A stretch of 39,689 bases of DNA, taken from Nemertoderma westbladi. Taxonomy: Eukaryota; Animalia; Xenacoelomorpha. Shown here in pieces: positions 25,146 through 37,085 of the stretch; positions within the stretch are counted from its first letter, which is position 1, and each line of letters opens with the position of its first letter. A program made the position numbers and the translations under genes. Location of the stretch: the NCBI GenBank assembly GCA_032718475.1, contig JAUCBJ010005551.1:1-39689 (forward strand), given 5' to 3'. The notes beneath the pieces were generated by a model, which saw nothing but the letters and a program-made list of their open reading frames with translations, searched no databases and was not told the origin of the DNA.

Positions 25146-28100
25146 CTATTTACTAACATTTGTTGGAGACTTGTAATCTCCAGACTTGTTTCGCGTCTCT
25201 TCAAGAAGTACGAGACGTTGAGTCGGTCTGTCTACTGTACGACCGTCAATTGTCCGTACCGTCACGGTTCTTGTCACTCCATCCATAGATGGATGTGTGT
25301 CTAAAATTACACCTGTTATCCAGAAGCGTCTTTTTAGATTCACTTCTGCTAACAGCACATGATCTCCCGCTCTTAAAGCGCGAGTATTGTTGTACCAAGT
25401 AGTTCTGGCAGAAATAGAGGGCAAATAATGGTTTTGCCATATTTCCCAGAATTTGTTAGCCAGTAGTTGCGTGATTTTCCACGCTTTTCTACCGTAGCTA
25501 TCGCCTTCTATTGGAATAGAAATAGGCAACAAAGAAGTCGGTGCCTGCATTAGCAGGTGTGCAGGTGTCAAAGCAAACTGGGATTGTTTGTCATCGGGTA
25601 CTAATACTATTGGTCTAGTATTTAGTATTGCCTCGATTTCAACAAACAATGTGGTCAGTTGGTCGTCTGTCAAGATGTGGTTTGCTGGAATTACTTTTGC
25701 CATGGCTGTTTTTATAGATCTAATCAATCTCTCCCAGACTCCGCCTCTCCATGGACTGTCTGGAGGATTAAACTTCCAAACAATTTTGTAAGGACGTAGT
25801 TCGTTTGAGATTTGATCATGATCTAATTTCTTAAAGGCTCTAGCAATTTCATTTCGAGCACCAACAAAGTTTGTACCTTGGTCTGAGTACAAGCATTTTA
25901 CTAGTCCGCGTCTAGCGATAAATCGCCGCAATGCTAGTATAAAGGCATTGGTGGAAAGATCCATCACACGTTCAATATGAACTGCCCTACTGGACATGCA
26001 TGTGAAAATCAGTCCCCAGCGTTTTACTAGTATACGTCCACGTTTCGTATGTATGGGACCAAAGCAGTCGATTCCAGTCTCTGTGAAAGGTGGTCTGAAT
26101 GCTTGTAGTCGTGCTTGTGGAAGTTCGCTCATTTCTTGGGTACCTATTCTAGAATGTACCTTTTTACAAATAATACCCATACGTGTCACTGAACTTAGTG
26201 CTTTACTGGGTCTAATTAATACAAATCTTGTACGTAAGTATGAAAGACAGTGGTGTCTTCCAGCGTGTTTCAGATGTAAATGTGCGTCCAGTATCATTGC
26301 ACGTTGTAATTCGTGATGTTGCGGTATTATTATTGGGTACCTAAAATCAGTATTAAAGTCGATGTTTTGAAGCCGAGATTTATGACAAATTAAGCCATTA
26401 TAAATTATCGGACTCCAACTCAATATTGGTGACGACTTGATTGGTTGACCTTGACTTATGGATGTGAATTCGCGTGCGAAATATCGCATTTGGTAATGGC
26501 GAATTAATTTAATTTCACATCTGTCAATCTCAGTCAATGTGAGTCGACGTGTAAAGTCGCGTTTGCCTTTAACGTATTGTACAAAACGTACAATCCACGC
26601 TAATTTTCGGCACGCGTTTTGCCAAGAATCTGTCAAATTTACAATACGGTCGACGTAAGTATTTATGACGTCATCAGGTAAGTCAATGATGAATTTTGAA
26701 GGTTTTGTTTTACTAGATGGGCCCACGAGTCCGCCGGTAAGTATTCCCTTGTTGACTGTTGATCCGTCCGGGTCTACAAGTAATTTGTCCTTCTTCGTCT
26801 TCTTACCTTGATTGTCAGTATCTTGTGAGTCGATCCCTAATGGTGGTTTTAACTCTATAGGATCACTGGGTTTCGGTAAATTTATTTTTCTGCCGATATT
26901 AATCCCAGGTCTCACCGTAGGTTGTAAGGTTGGTATGTTTCTTGAGCATAAAGTAACAGCTGTATTTACATTTGCGTAGGTACTGCCCACATCTGTAATA
27001 CATAAGGTTTCACTGTACTTATGGTTACTCAAGGGTGTCAAATTTGGTAGTTTGTCAATAGAAGGCCGCTCCAATAGGGAAACTGCGGCTTTACTATGTG
27101 TCACTACGTTACTAATGTCTGGTAGAACATCTTGTGAAATGTCTGGTAAAATGTTTCGCGGAACATCCGGCGAAACGTCTAGTGACATGTCTGGCAAAAT
27201 GTCTAGTTGACCGTCTGGTAACGTGTCTGGTTGACCATCTGGCGATACGTCTGGTAACATGTCTGGTTGACCGTCTGGCGATATGTCTGGTTGAGAAAGG
27301 CTCGCAAGTCTTCCTGCCTTAACTTTGTAAGTTATATTTTTCCATTTCGCCTTTGGTTTCTTCTTAAGTTTCGCCGTTGTCCTTTTCTTTGCTTTACCTT
27401 TCTTTGGTTTTTTAATTTCGGCGTCCTTAGGAATAGTATTAGACTTGTTATCGTATAGTGGCGGCCAATGTTGTGTTGCTCTTTGTAAGAATTGTGGTCC
27501 GTGTTGCCAAAATTCCTTGTTTTCCGGTTTACAGAATTCCTCAGGCAGCATTCCTCGCGACGCAATATCAGCTGGATTTTGTGGTCCGGGACAATGTCGC
27601 CAATCTTCTTTTATTGAACGGTCTAGAATTTCTGCACGACGGTTAGCTACAAATGTTTTGAATTCAAGTGTATCATTGTTTATATAAAATAAAACTAACG
27701 TCGCGTCAGTCCAATAAAATATCTGTAAACTTGACTGTAGTTCAGTCTGTATAAGGTTCACAATTGTCGTTGACAGAGTTGCGGCTTGTAGCTCAGCGCG
27801 TGGTGTCGTCATGTACTTAGTAGGCATTGTTTTAGCCTTAGAAGTAATGAGCGAAACATCAAACTCATCTGAGTCTACGTGTCTACGCAAATACGCTGTC
27901 ACTCCAAAGCCGTTGTCACTGGCGTCGGAAAAACAATGTAATTCTAAGTTGTCAGGAAATGTCGTCTCTAATGGAAAGTACACCCGGGGTATGGAATAAT
28001 CCTCTAGCGAAGATAATTGCGCCTCCCAAGTCTTCCATAAGTCCACTTGTTCGGATGAGATCGGTTCGTCCCATGTCAGTCCATCTTTCCAAATACTGCG

Positions 28101-29861
28101 CATATATATTCTTGCTTGCAGTATTATTGGGCTGATGAAACCTAATGGATCGAACAGTCTACTTAGTTTCGACAAGCAAGACCTCTTTGTCAGAGAATCC
28201 CCTTGAGCGTCCAGTCTTACTTTCACTCGAAAATTGTCTGTGTTCGGGTCCCAAAATAGTCCCAACACCTTTGTCGTCGGTAGTGGTTCAAACTCTAAGT
28301 CAATGTCACCACCTCCACGTTCAGTCATTTCGAATGAATTTACTAATTCGGCACTGTTTGAGGCAAACTTGGTGAGGTTAAAACCTCCGCCTGCTAAACA
28401 GTCCCGTAATTGATGTGCTACTGTAATAGCACGTTCTACTGTGTCACAACTTTGTAATCCATCGTCCACATAAAAATCTCGTTCTACGATCTGGATTACC
28501 TCTGGGTCATACTTATGTTTCTGGTCCCTAGCAGTCTGCTTCAGGGTGTACATAGTACAATTTGGGCTGTCCCTGGCACCGAAAACGCGAACTTGCATTT
28601 GGTAAGTCGCCGGTGGTTGACTTAAGTCTCCATCCGGGTACCAGAGGAACCTCAAACTGTCTCTGTCTCACTCTAACGCTCGCACTTGGTGAAACATCGC
28701 TTCTACGTCACAAGTAAATGCTACTTGGCGCTGACGGAAGCGCATAATCACCCCCATGAGATAATTATTCATGTTTGGTCCATCCATCAACTCACTATTG
28801 AGAGACATTCCCTCAAACAGAGCCGCGCAGTCATTAACTACACGTACTTTATCAGGTTTGTCGGGGTGTCTCACGTAGTGATGTGGCAAGTAGTATGTCT
28901 GGTCTGTCACAATCTCTGGGTTTGTCATCCTGATAGCGTATCCTTTCGTCAAATACGTCTCCATCTGAGTATTATACTGCAGATGGGCTTTCTCGTCCTT
29001 TAATAAACGCTGTCGTATTGAGTTTAAACGTCTTAAGGCTAGCGGATAATTATTTATAAGTTTAGGACGTTGGTTACGCCATAGCATCCCTACCTCATAA
29101 TGTCCATCTTTCGTCTGATGGATAGTATCTTCCATGATCTTCAAAGATTGTTTCTCTTGTTCCGACATATATGGTTCGTAGCTACCGGGTTCGGCTGTGT
29201 CTTGTTCCAACCATCTGATAGTTTTCTCTGTTAATTCTTTGTCTCGCGCGGCTTGTTCCACTTGATGATTTCTTAACGCGTCATCATCGACAGGTGTTGT
29301 TAAGGTTATTGGTTGAGGTAGACTCGCAAGCCTTCCGGCGTTATCATCTGTCGTTGATGGAACCTCTGCCTGACTCCGCTCCTTCTCAATCTCTATACTA
29401 ACCTTGTGGATTGGCTGCTCTTTGTGACTTATCGTACTCGCTACACACGTCGTACTTGTAACGTTGTTGTGTTTTGTCGAACGTAGTGTAGTATAGTCCT
29501 TGTCGTGTGAAAAAGAATGAGTTGAAGTTGTAGTTAATAAACAACATGTACTTTGTACATCGTCTTCCTCATCACTTATATCTAGTGTGCGCACAGGCGC
29601 TCGAGTATACCAACCTATCGGAGTTCGACAGGCGTATGCATTTCCTGCTACGACTACCGATGGTCTGGTTTCCCACACTTGATGTAAGTTGAATTGATCT
29701 GTCCCGATCAGCATTGCTACTGATCTATAGTTAACAGGACATTCAGGTACACCAAGGTGTCTGAAATACTTACGGTCCTCTAAGGATTGTTCCGGCACTG
29801 GACCCAGTAGGTTACTAAAGTCGTTGGTGGCTGCAAAGGTTAAATCCTTAAAGGGTAACAA
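25146..29861 (-). pseudogene. BEL pol: RT, RNase H and integrase, with an in-frame TGA at 28668-28670
   Basis: YLPHH, KVRVVNDCAA, DVEAMFHQV, FYVDD, LHCFSDAS, NPADIASRG, DAHLHLKH, GIDCFGP, SDQGTNF, GGVWERLIRSIK and LTPAHL. ORFs 28668..29861 and 25146..28655 share a frame. Confidence 0.93.
27115..27295 (-). repeat. Coding 12-bp-period repeat (xxPD tetrapeptides) in the RNase H-integrase linker
   Basis: QPDISPDGQPDMLPDVSPDGQPDTLPDGQLDILPDMSLDVSPDV... Confidence 0.85.
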
Positions 29862-32800
29862 AGACCTCTCGATTCGCTATGTTGCGATTTCGGAAGAAGA
29901 GTGTCTAAGTTCAACTTAACTCGTGTCACTGGTATTGCACGTTGTCCATGCATACTACTTACAGTGTATTTGACGTTCTTACCTTGTCGGAGATCCGTCA
30001 CGACATCAGCTACCTTCTCGTCCACATAGCTGTGAGATGAGGCTGAATCCAGGATAGCGTAGATTCGTTTGCTCCCTTTTGTGCCAGTAATCTTGACAGG
30101 AATTACGCTAAAACCTTTTAGTTGGTCAGGCGTCAGAAGCGCAATCGATGGTTGTTCGTCTCCATCTGAGTATATGTCGTCATCCTCGGTTTCCTCATCA
30201 GAAGACCCAGACTGCTCCGGGAAACAATCCCGAATATGTGTCACGAAAGTTGGAGTTGTTCTCGATTCTCGATTCTTATATGCCGTATTACATTTCGCTG
30301 CTGCTTCTGGGTGTTCCCTAGTGAAGCGTTTTGTCGGCGTATGACTGTCGGTATGGAGCAAACCGTCATGGTTGCGTCCACAGGATGGACAGGTGTCCGT
30401 ATTTGGGCAGTCTTTTCGAACGTGTCCGTGTTGCGTACACCGCCAATAAGAATCCAATGGCCGTATCTGTAGTCTTCGTTCTTCCGAGTTTAACTCGCGA
30501 AACAGCCGACAACCTCTTAGCTTGTGACTGGTATACCGCTTACCTAAGTGCTCGCAGTATTGGCAACCGCTAAAGTCTGCACTCAGTTGCTGTCTGGTCT
30601 GTTTGATCCCAATAGGTGCGGATACTTTACTACTGTCCGAAAATTGTCGGGTTTCTGTCGGTGTGGCGTAAGTGGCCATCTTGGTGGATGTTGTCTGGGG
30701 TTTTTGTCGGTTTGAGGATGGTAAGGTGATTCCTTCTGCTATAATGTGTTGGTCGGTGTAGTTGGATCGGGTCTCCACCACCGCTTCCCTGGATATTAAT
30801 AGGTATACATCCTCTAATTTCAAAAATCTACCCCGTTCTTCCCGCTGGTATTCGATCTTCCTCCACTCCCGACGAAGTCGATGGTGGAGTCTTCCTATGA
30901 TTTTTAATAGGACTGTAGGGGTGTTCCCGTAATCGAGTTGTCCAATAGATCTTAATGTAGTGATAGCGTTCTTAATTTCGTCAGCTAGTTTTAGTAAGTC
31001 GACGGGTTTAGTAATAGCCCCCCCCCCCTTACAGAGTTCCTCTATCACTGACTTGGCCATGCTGACTGTACCTCCGTAGATTGAAGATAAGCGATCGTAT
31101 GCTAACTCGAAGGCATCTGGTACACCAACGAAAGTCTCCGCTAAGCGTTTGGGTTCTCCCGTCAAGGTTTGAAGTAGATAGTTGAACTTTTCCCTTGATG
31201 TAAAAGCGCACGCCGCAATTTGAGATTCGATGTAGTCCTTGTCTGGCTGCGAACTTAGCTATCTCCTCGGCTACGTTCAAAGTTTCGCGTCCTTGGGTAG
31301 CAATCGAGTTGATGTTCTCCCGTCTTGGCGCTTTTCTTTGATACGAGGTGTTTCTTGAAGGTATCGCTCTTTGCGGATCCTTCGGGTTTCTATTGTGTTC
31401 GAATTCGGTATTCCTCGAACTATCTGTTTGAACTTCCTCCAGGCGTTCCTCGATCTGGGCCAACTTGTTAACAACTGGTCGCAGAATGTCGGCGAATTGT
31501 TGCGTACTGATCGCGTCCGTTGGTTGTAACGCTTTCTGTGTTGGTGTATTTTGTGGAGGATTGTCTATAAAGGAATTTGTTGAACGCTCGCATTTGCATT
31601 CATCGGCCGCTCCTGTTCTAAACACCTCGCGTTCCGGGTAATCCGACTCGCTGGAAGTACTACTATCACCTGGATATGGTGGCCGACGTGCTCGCGTCCA
31701 TTGTGTTGTACGAATTCTAACATTCCGTTTCGGAACATCGTCCACTGGTCTCCGTTGTTCGGTAGGCTCGCAGGTCTTCCTCGAAGTCGTAGAATGCGAT
31801 GTAAACTGGTTAAGCGGTCGCGTATCCACTGGTCTCCGTTGTTCGGTCGGCTCACATGTCTTCCTCGAAGTCGTAGATTGCGATGTAAACTGAATTCGTG
31901 GTCGCGTAATGGCGTTTGAGTCCAAAGTCCTTGTAGGTCTAAACACCGGTTTTGGTGTCGACGGTTGACTCACCTGTTTAGTCGTCATTAATGTAGGTCC
32001 AACTAATAAACTACTACGATCCGTTATTGGCGGATTACTTACCTTGACCTTTGGAATAGGCGAAGACGTTGCTCTTGGCGGTACAAACTTGTCCGGAATA
32101 ACATACCTGTGTTCCGTCGCATCGTGTATAGGAGATATGCTGCTACTACCAGCAATCGAAACAGGTCCTTTATTCATAATTGGTGCGAACATCGGAGTTA
32201 CTTGAGGAAATCGTTGACATAAGTCTTTAACCAATTCCCGTTCTCGCTCAGGTGCTCCTACGCTTCCTTCCTTCATTCGTTCCTGAATTTGACGATGTCT
32301 TACCTCTATCCGGTCTAGATCGTGTCCATCTCGAGATCTCATCGATCGATCGCGGGCTTGAAGATCCAGATCTTCCTTGGCATTGGCTAATTCTCTCGCC
32401 TTCTTCTCGAGTTCGAAATGAAGTTTAACTTCCTTCTCGCGTTGTTCCGTCTGTTGTTGTTGCGCCTCGAACTCCGCTTGTCGTATAGCTGATTGAGCCT
32501 TTATCTGCCGTTTTCTTAACTTGGCTCGGGCTTCCGAAACTCGCCTTTGTTCGTCCAATTCGGCTGTTGCCGCTTGTTGCTCCAACTCAGCCGTTCGTCG
32601 CGCTAACTCAGCTGCCGCTTGTCATTCCAACTCAGCTGTTGCTGCTCGTTGCGCTAACTCAGCTGCCGCTGTTCGCTGTGCTATTTCTAGCTCTAACCTT
32701 TCCATCTCAGCTGCTTCTAGTTCGGCTGCTTCTTGCAAATGAGAGATTCTCGCAACATTTGCGACGCGTAGTTTCTCTTCCTCTACTGCCGCTTGTACCG

Positions 32801-33680
32801 TCAGCAGTTGAGTTTGTTCCTCAATTTCTCGTTGTTGTCTATAGTACTGTTGTTGCTGTCGAGAAATTTCTGACGACTCTATACTTACCTCACCAATTTC
32901 GCTGCGAATACTCACCAATGATTGATCCAGTATTCCCGGTGCCAGTTCGATTTGTGCGGATGAAGTTTCCCTCGTAGCCTCTGGCACGGTTTCTAAATCT
33001 CCGACGTCTTCGCCGCACATACGTAAGTGATCCGTCAGATGTTTCAATTGTCCATCCAGTCGGTACAGTTCCTGTTCCTCCTCGGGCTGTAATAACTCGT
33101 CGGAAACTGACTCACCTAGCAACTGGTCCGCTTGTTCCTGTTGTATCTGTCTAACGGTCGTCTTAAACTGAATCAGTTTCTCTCTAGCGATCATTAATTT
33201 CTCGAGGATTCTAAACTGTGTGTCCATATCCTGTCTCTGTCTAGCTAGATCTTGTAGACCAATTAGATTATCTACGGACTTATGTACTTTACTCTGAACT
33301 CTAACCTGTAGGGTGTAGAACTCGAACCGAGACATTGGAGCGGTCAACTCGTCTAATATGCGTTGGCCTTCTCCAATACTCCTGGTAATATGCGCCATGT
33401 ATCCTCCGACGCTTCTAACCACGCTCTCCTGGCTTCCTACTGAACTTACCATGTCCGTTTCCCTGTATCTAGGTTGCGGGACCGTTAGAAAATCCTCAGT
33501 CCTGCCGTCGCCTCGTACTACGGCATCCGGTACTCCCGTTGGATGTACTGGTGATGCGCACGGTGTAGGTTCGGTAGGCTCACGAGTCTTCCCCTGTGGT
33601 TCTTCCGCTTCTGACTTATCCACGTCACATGAGTCATAGTCGGTTTGTGTATTCTTCGTATAATCCTGTTTGTCACTCAT
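29840..33680 (-). pseudogene. BEL gag plus aspartic protease, disrupted
   Basis: Coiled-coil N-terminus, EKFNYLLQTLTGEP capsid-like region, three Cys/His knuckles and protease AILDSAS. In-frame TGA at 32622-32624, frameshifts near 31240 and 29870. Confidence 0.88.
31741..31892 (-). repeat. 84-bp-period coding duplication in gag
   Basis: QFTS(Q/H)STTSRKTCEPTEQRRPVD occurs twice. Each unit carries a copy of the dispersed motif. Confidence 0.9.
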
Positions 33681-33764
33681 TTCGGTAGTTGTAAGTCAAG
33701 TAAAGTGAGTGTCAATGTATCAAACTTACCGTATTTTATATCTAAACGGTATTAATTACAGTCA

Positions 33765-33900
33765 TATAAAATTAGCCTACCAGCCGATTTTATAGCAGAT
33801 GGATAAAATTAGCCTAGCAGCCAATTTTACAGCAAATAAATGTCACGGAGTAAGTATATAATAAAATTAGCCTACCGGCCAATTTTATAACAAATAAATC
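33765..33900. repeat. Three ~35-bp repeats in the BEL 5' leader
   Basis: taaaattagccta(c/g)c(a/g)gcc(g/a)atttta recurs at ~33767, 33804 and 33862. Confidence 0.85.
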
Positions 33901-34491
33901 GGATAACGATATGCGTTATCAAAAGGTAAATCAAATACAAATAATTAACGGACTAATTCAGCAATAAACAAAGAAATCGTACGGAATGCATAAATACTTG
34001 AGACAGTGGAACCCACAATAATTTTAACTAATACGGTAATGCCTAACTGATTTATGCAACTTTTCAAACTCACCCCCTCCAATGATTCTCCAGAAAACAG
34101 ATTCCCAGATACAAACCGGACGTGAACCTTTCCGTTTCCAGCGTTGCGGACGAATTGCGATTTTCCCAACCAAAGTTGTTGAGTTATCTATCTCCCAAAC
34201 TTGCTAAACACAGTCTTGCTCTCGTTACAGTCTGGAAATGAGCTCTGAATCCTGAAAAACAAATGAGTTAGGTTTTACTTTTACGAAAATTTTTGTACCG
34301 GTACAATATGGTATTTAAACCCCTTTTAAACACCGGTATTCAATTCCAAATATTTTACACGCAGTTCAAATCAAAATTTTATTTCAAAAATTAGCACTTA
34401 GCTAATCAAATACAAAATTTTACCTCAAAATACAAAATTTTCAAATAACTTTAGTCCTACTGAACCGTAGTTCAGTAAAACGTATTCCTAC

Positions 34492-37085
34492 TGAAATCAA
34501 CATAGGTCACATTCCTACTGTTGTAAGAGACAGTAACAAATTATACCGCAATATCCTACTGTAAAGTTTGTGAATCAAGGCATAATCCAACCTTCTCACC
34601 AAAAACAGTAAACTCCAAGTAAGCAAATCTATTGCAGTATTTTGTTAATACTATGTTAATACTACGCCCAGAATTCGGCAATTTTAATTTACCAGGTCCC
34701 TAATACTAAGAAGAAATGTGTTAGTTTACTACAGTAGGCATACTGTTACAAATAGCTAGCCTGGCGTTCTTATCTAGAATTTTGGTTGCCTAGATGGGCA
34801 CGGCAACTTCCTAACAGGATGTCGGCGGGGACACGGTAGGTGTTAGTATCCCTAATAGCCTTAATTTATATGCGCCTAGCAGTAAACTGCCCTACCGCCT
34901 GAACGGTATAATTTTAATTCAGGGAAAAAACACAGTAACCCTCTCCTGGCCTACAAGCTCCAACGCAAACGATGAACACCGTTGTACTACTGACAAGCCA
35001 CCAGCGCACCTATACCCGGCAAATGAGTTAGGCGTACAGTTTGCTGCACCCTACCAATGTGAATTCCGTGTAATGGTGTGCCTGTGTCCTATCTGTGTAC
35101 TGGTATCTCTCTGCCTATCCTCTCCTCCCGTAGGAATACGAAGGGTTTCCGCGGGTTTTCCCGAGTCAAAATAATACGGTTCCTAAATTTAAATTTTTGG
35201 CGTACAGTGTGTCGCTACTTCTACCTTCGATCTCAGGTCTTATACTTAGGTAGCGAGGCATCGAACGCTGTCTAACCTTTCAGGCGATGGGCGAATAACT
35301 ACGAATCAGTATTGTGGGTGGTCTCCTGTCTACATTCCTCCGATGTTCCCGTTCATTGCTGTGGCCCGATGTCTACCCTGCCATCCTGTTCCTCAGTTGG
35401 GTTCACCATGGTGAAACATAATAGAAAAAGGGCAGATATAGCGATAATTCTGACTTTATTACAGATAACCAACAATTATATTAATATAAACAATGTAATC
35501 TGAAATAACTAACGGATGTAAGTGAGAGATAACTAATAAGTGAAATGCTAATAACTAATGAACAAATCGCACCTTTTATAGCAAATTTGTGCTGCAATCA
35601 ATCGAGATAAATCTAGATTGTTCTATGAGTTCTAATAGGTTTTTAAAGATAACCATTGGTCCAGCGAACACGTATCTTGCACGACTGAGGACTTAATGTA
35701 ATCTTTATAGAAAGTTAATTCGAACAAAATAAAATTTTGAAAATCCACGGCATTTATGAGAATATAATTCTATACCGCTCCATGAAAACAGGATATTATC
35801 GTGCATAAAATATACGGTTTTCACCAATACTAAATCAAATTATGGAATACTTGGGATGTACTTACATATTTACAAATTAAATCTCAACAATAATACCTTT
35901 ACATAATAATTCGATACAAAATAATTACAAATTCAAACTTTACGTATTTAAGGCTTTATTAAGTAAGTACAATATAAATCTAAATTAAATTCACCAAAAT
36001 AAATCTATTGCATCTCAAATATTGCATAAATTCAAACAATCACAAATACAAATGCTACTTAAATATAAAACAAATTGCATAAGTTCGGAATAAATTCAAA
36101 TAAGTCACAAGAAAGGCTCACAAGTCTTCCGTCTGCTCTTGCCTTCTATTTACTGCGAATACAAGTACTGCTTCTTTATAAAATATAAATTGCATAATAT
36201 TCGAAACAATAAATTGCGTAAGTTTGGAATAACTACAAATATAGCACTTTCTAAATATAAATCTTACTAAATATAAATCTTACTAAATATAAATCTTACT
36301 AAATATAAATGTAAACGACATAAGTTTAGAACAATATAAACTGCATAAGTTTAGAACAATATAAACTGCATAAGTTTAGAACAATATAAACTGCATAAGT
36401 TTAGAACAATATAAACTGCATAAGTTTAGAACGATCTCAAATATAAATATAAATCTTTCAAATATAAATTCCTTCCAGAATATAACGCTTTCTAAATACA
36501 AAACTTTCTAAATACAAAACTTTCTAAATACAAAATATAAATCAAATAAATCTCAAGAAAGGCTCACGAGACGACTTTGCCTTCCATTTTACCGTCTTTC
36601 AGAACGGGCCCTGCCACGTCCTCGAAAACTGCATACAGGCGATTTAGCTCGTGATACAGGACTTATGGGGCGAGTCACTAGTTTACCTTGGACGTTGGGA
36701 GATGGTGCGACCATTTCCTCACATGCTCGTCTATTAGGCATCCCAAATCCTCGACCGACTCCTCGTGATCGACCGGTTGTGTCTACCGTTGGTAAAACGT
36801 CTGGGAACGCGCGGGAAGCGGACGACGCAGACCCAAGAGAAACTTGCGCCCCCTTTGATCAGCTGGTATGTGTCCTAATCCTCCTTGCGGTTCTCTGGGA
36901 AGTGACACCGTATCTCGAGTAACTAGAATAGTTGGTTCACTACCCTTTCTTTCTTCAACATTTATAGTTTTCTTTAGTTGCTGGCTCACCTTTTGAACCC
37001 TTATGATCCTATTCTGTCCGTCCTCCCGAGGGTGACATGCAGACGGCGCGACCGGAGTAGCTGGTATGTTGGTCGCCTCTAGGAT
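34492..37085. repeat. Direct repeat copy 2 (2.6 kb)
   Basis: Matches 20707-23709 except that 423 bp are replaced by a 13-nt filler at 34642-34654. Includes the same minisatellites at ~36248-36536. Confidence 0.95.

Larger units (their letters stand above)
20707..37085 (-). mobile_element. Large BEL/Pao LTR retrotransposon with an extra ORF and long direct repeats
   Basis: gag-PR-RT-RH-IN order with BEL-type motifs, an extra ORF downstream of pol, and direct repeats at 20707-23709 and 34492-37085. No TSD, and true LTR ends are unresolved. Confidence 0.9.

Noticed and set aside
37009-37085. C-terminal extension of the piggyBac ORF as a fusion protein
   Set aside because: This is read-through across the truncation junction into BEL sequence, in an already frameshifted pseudogene.
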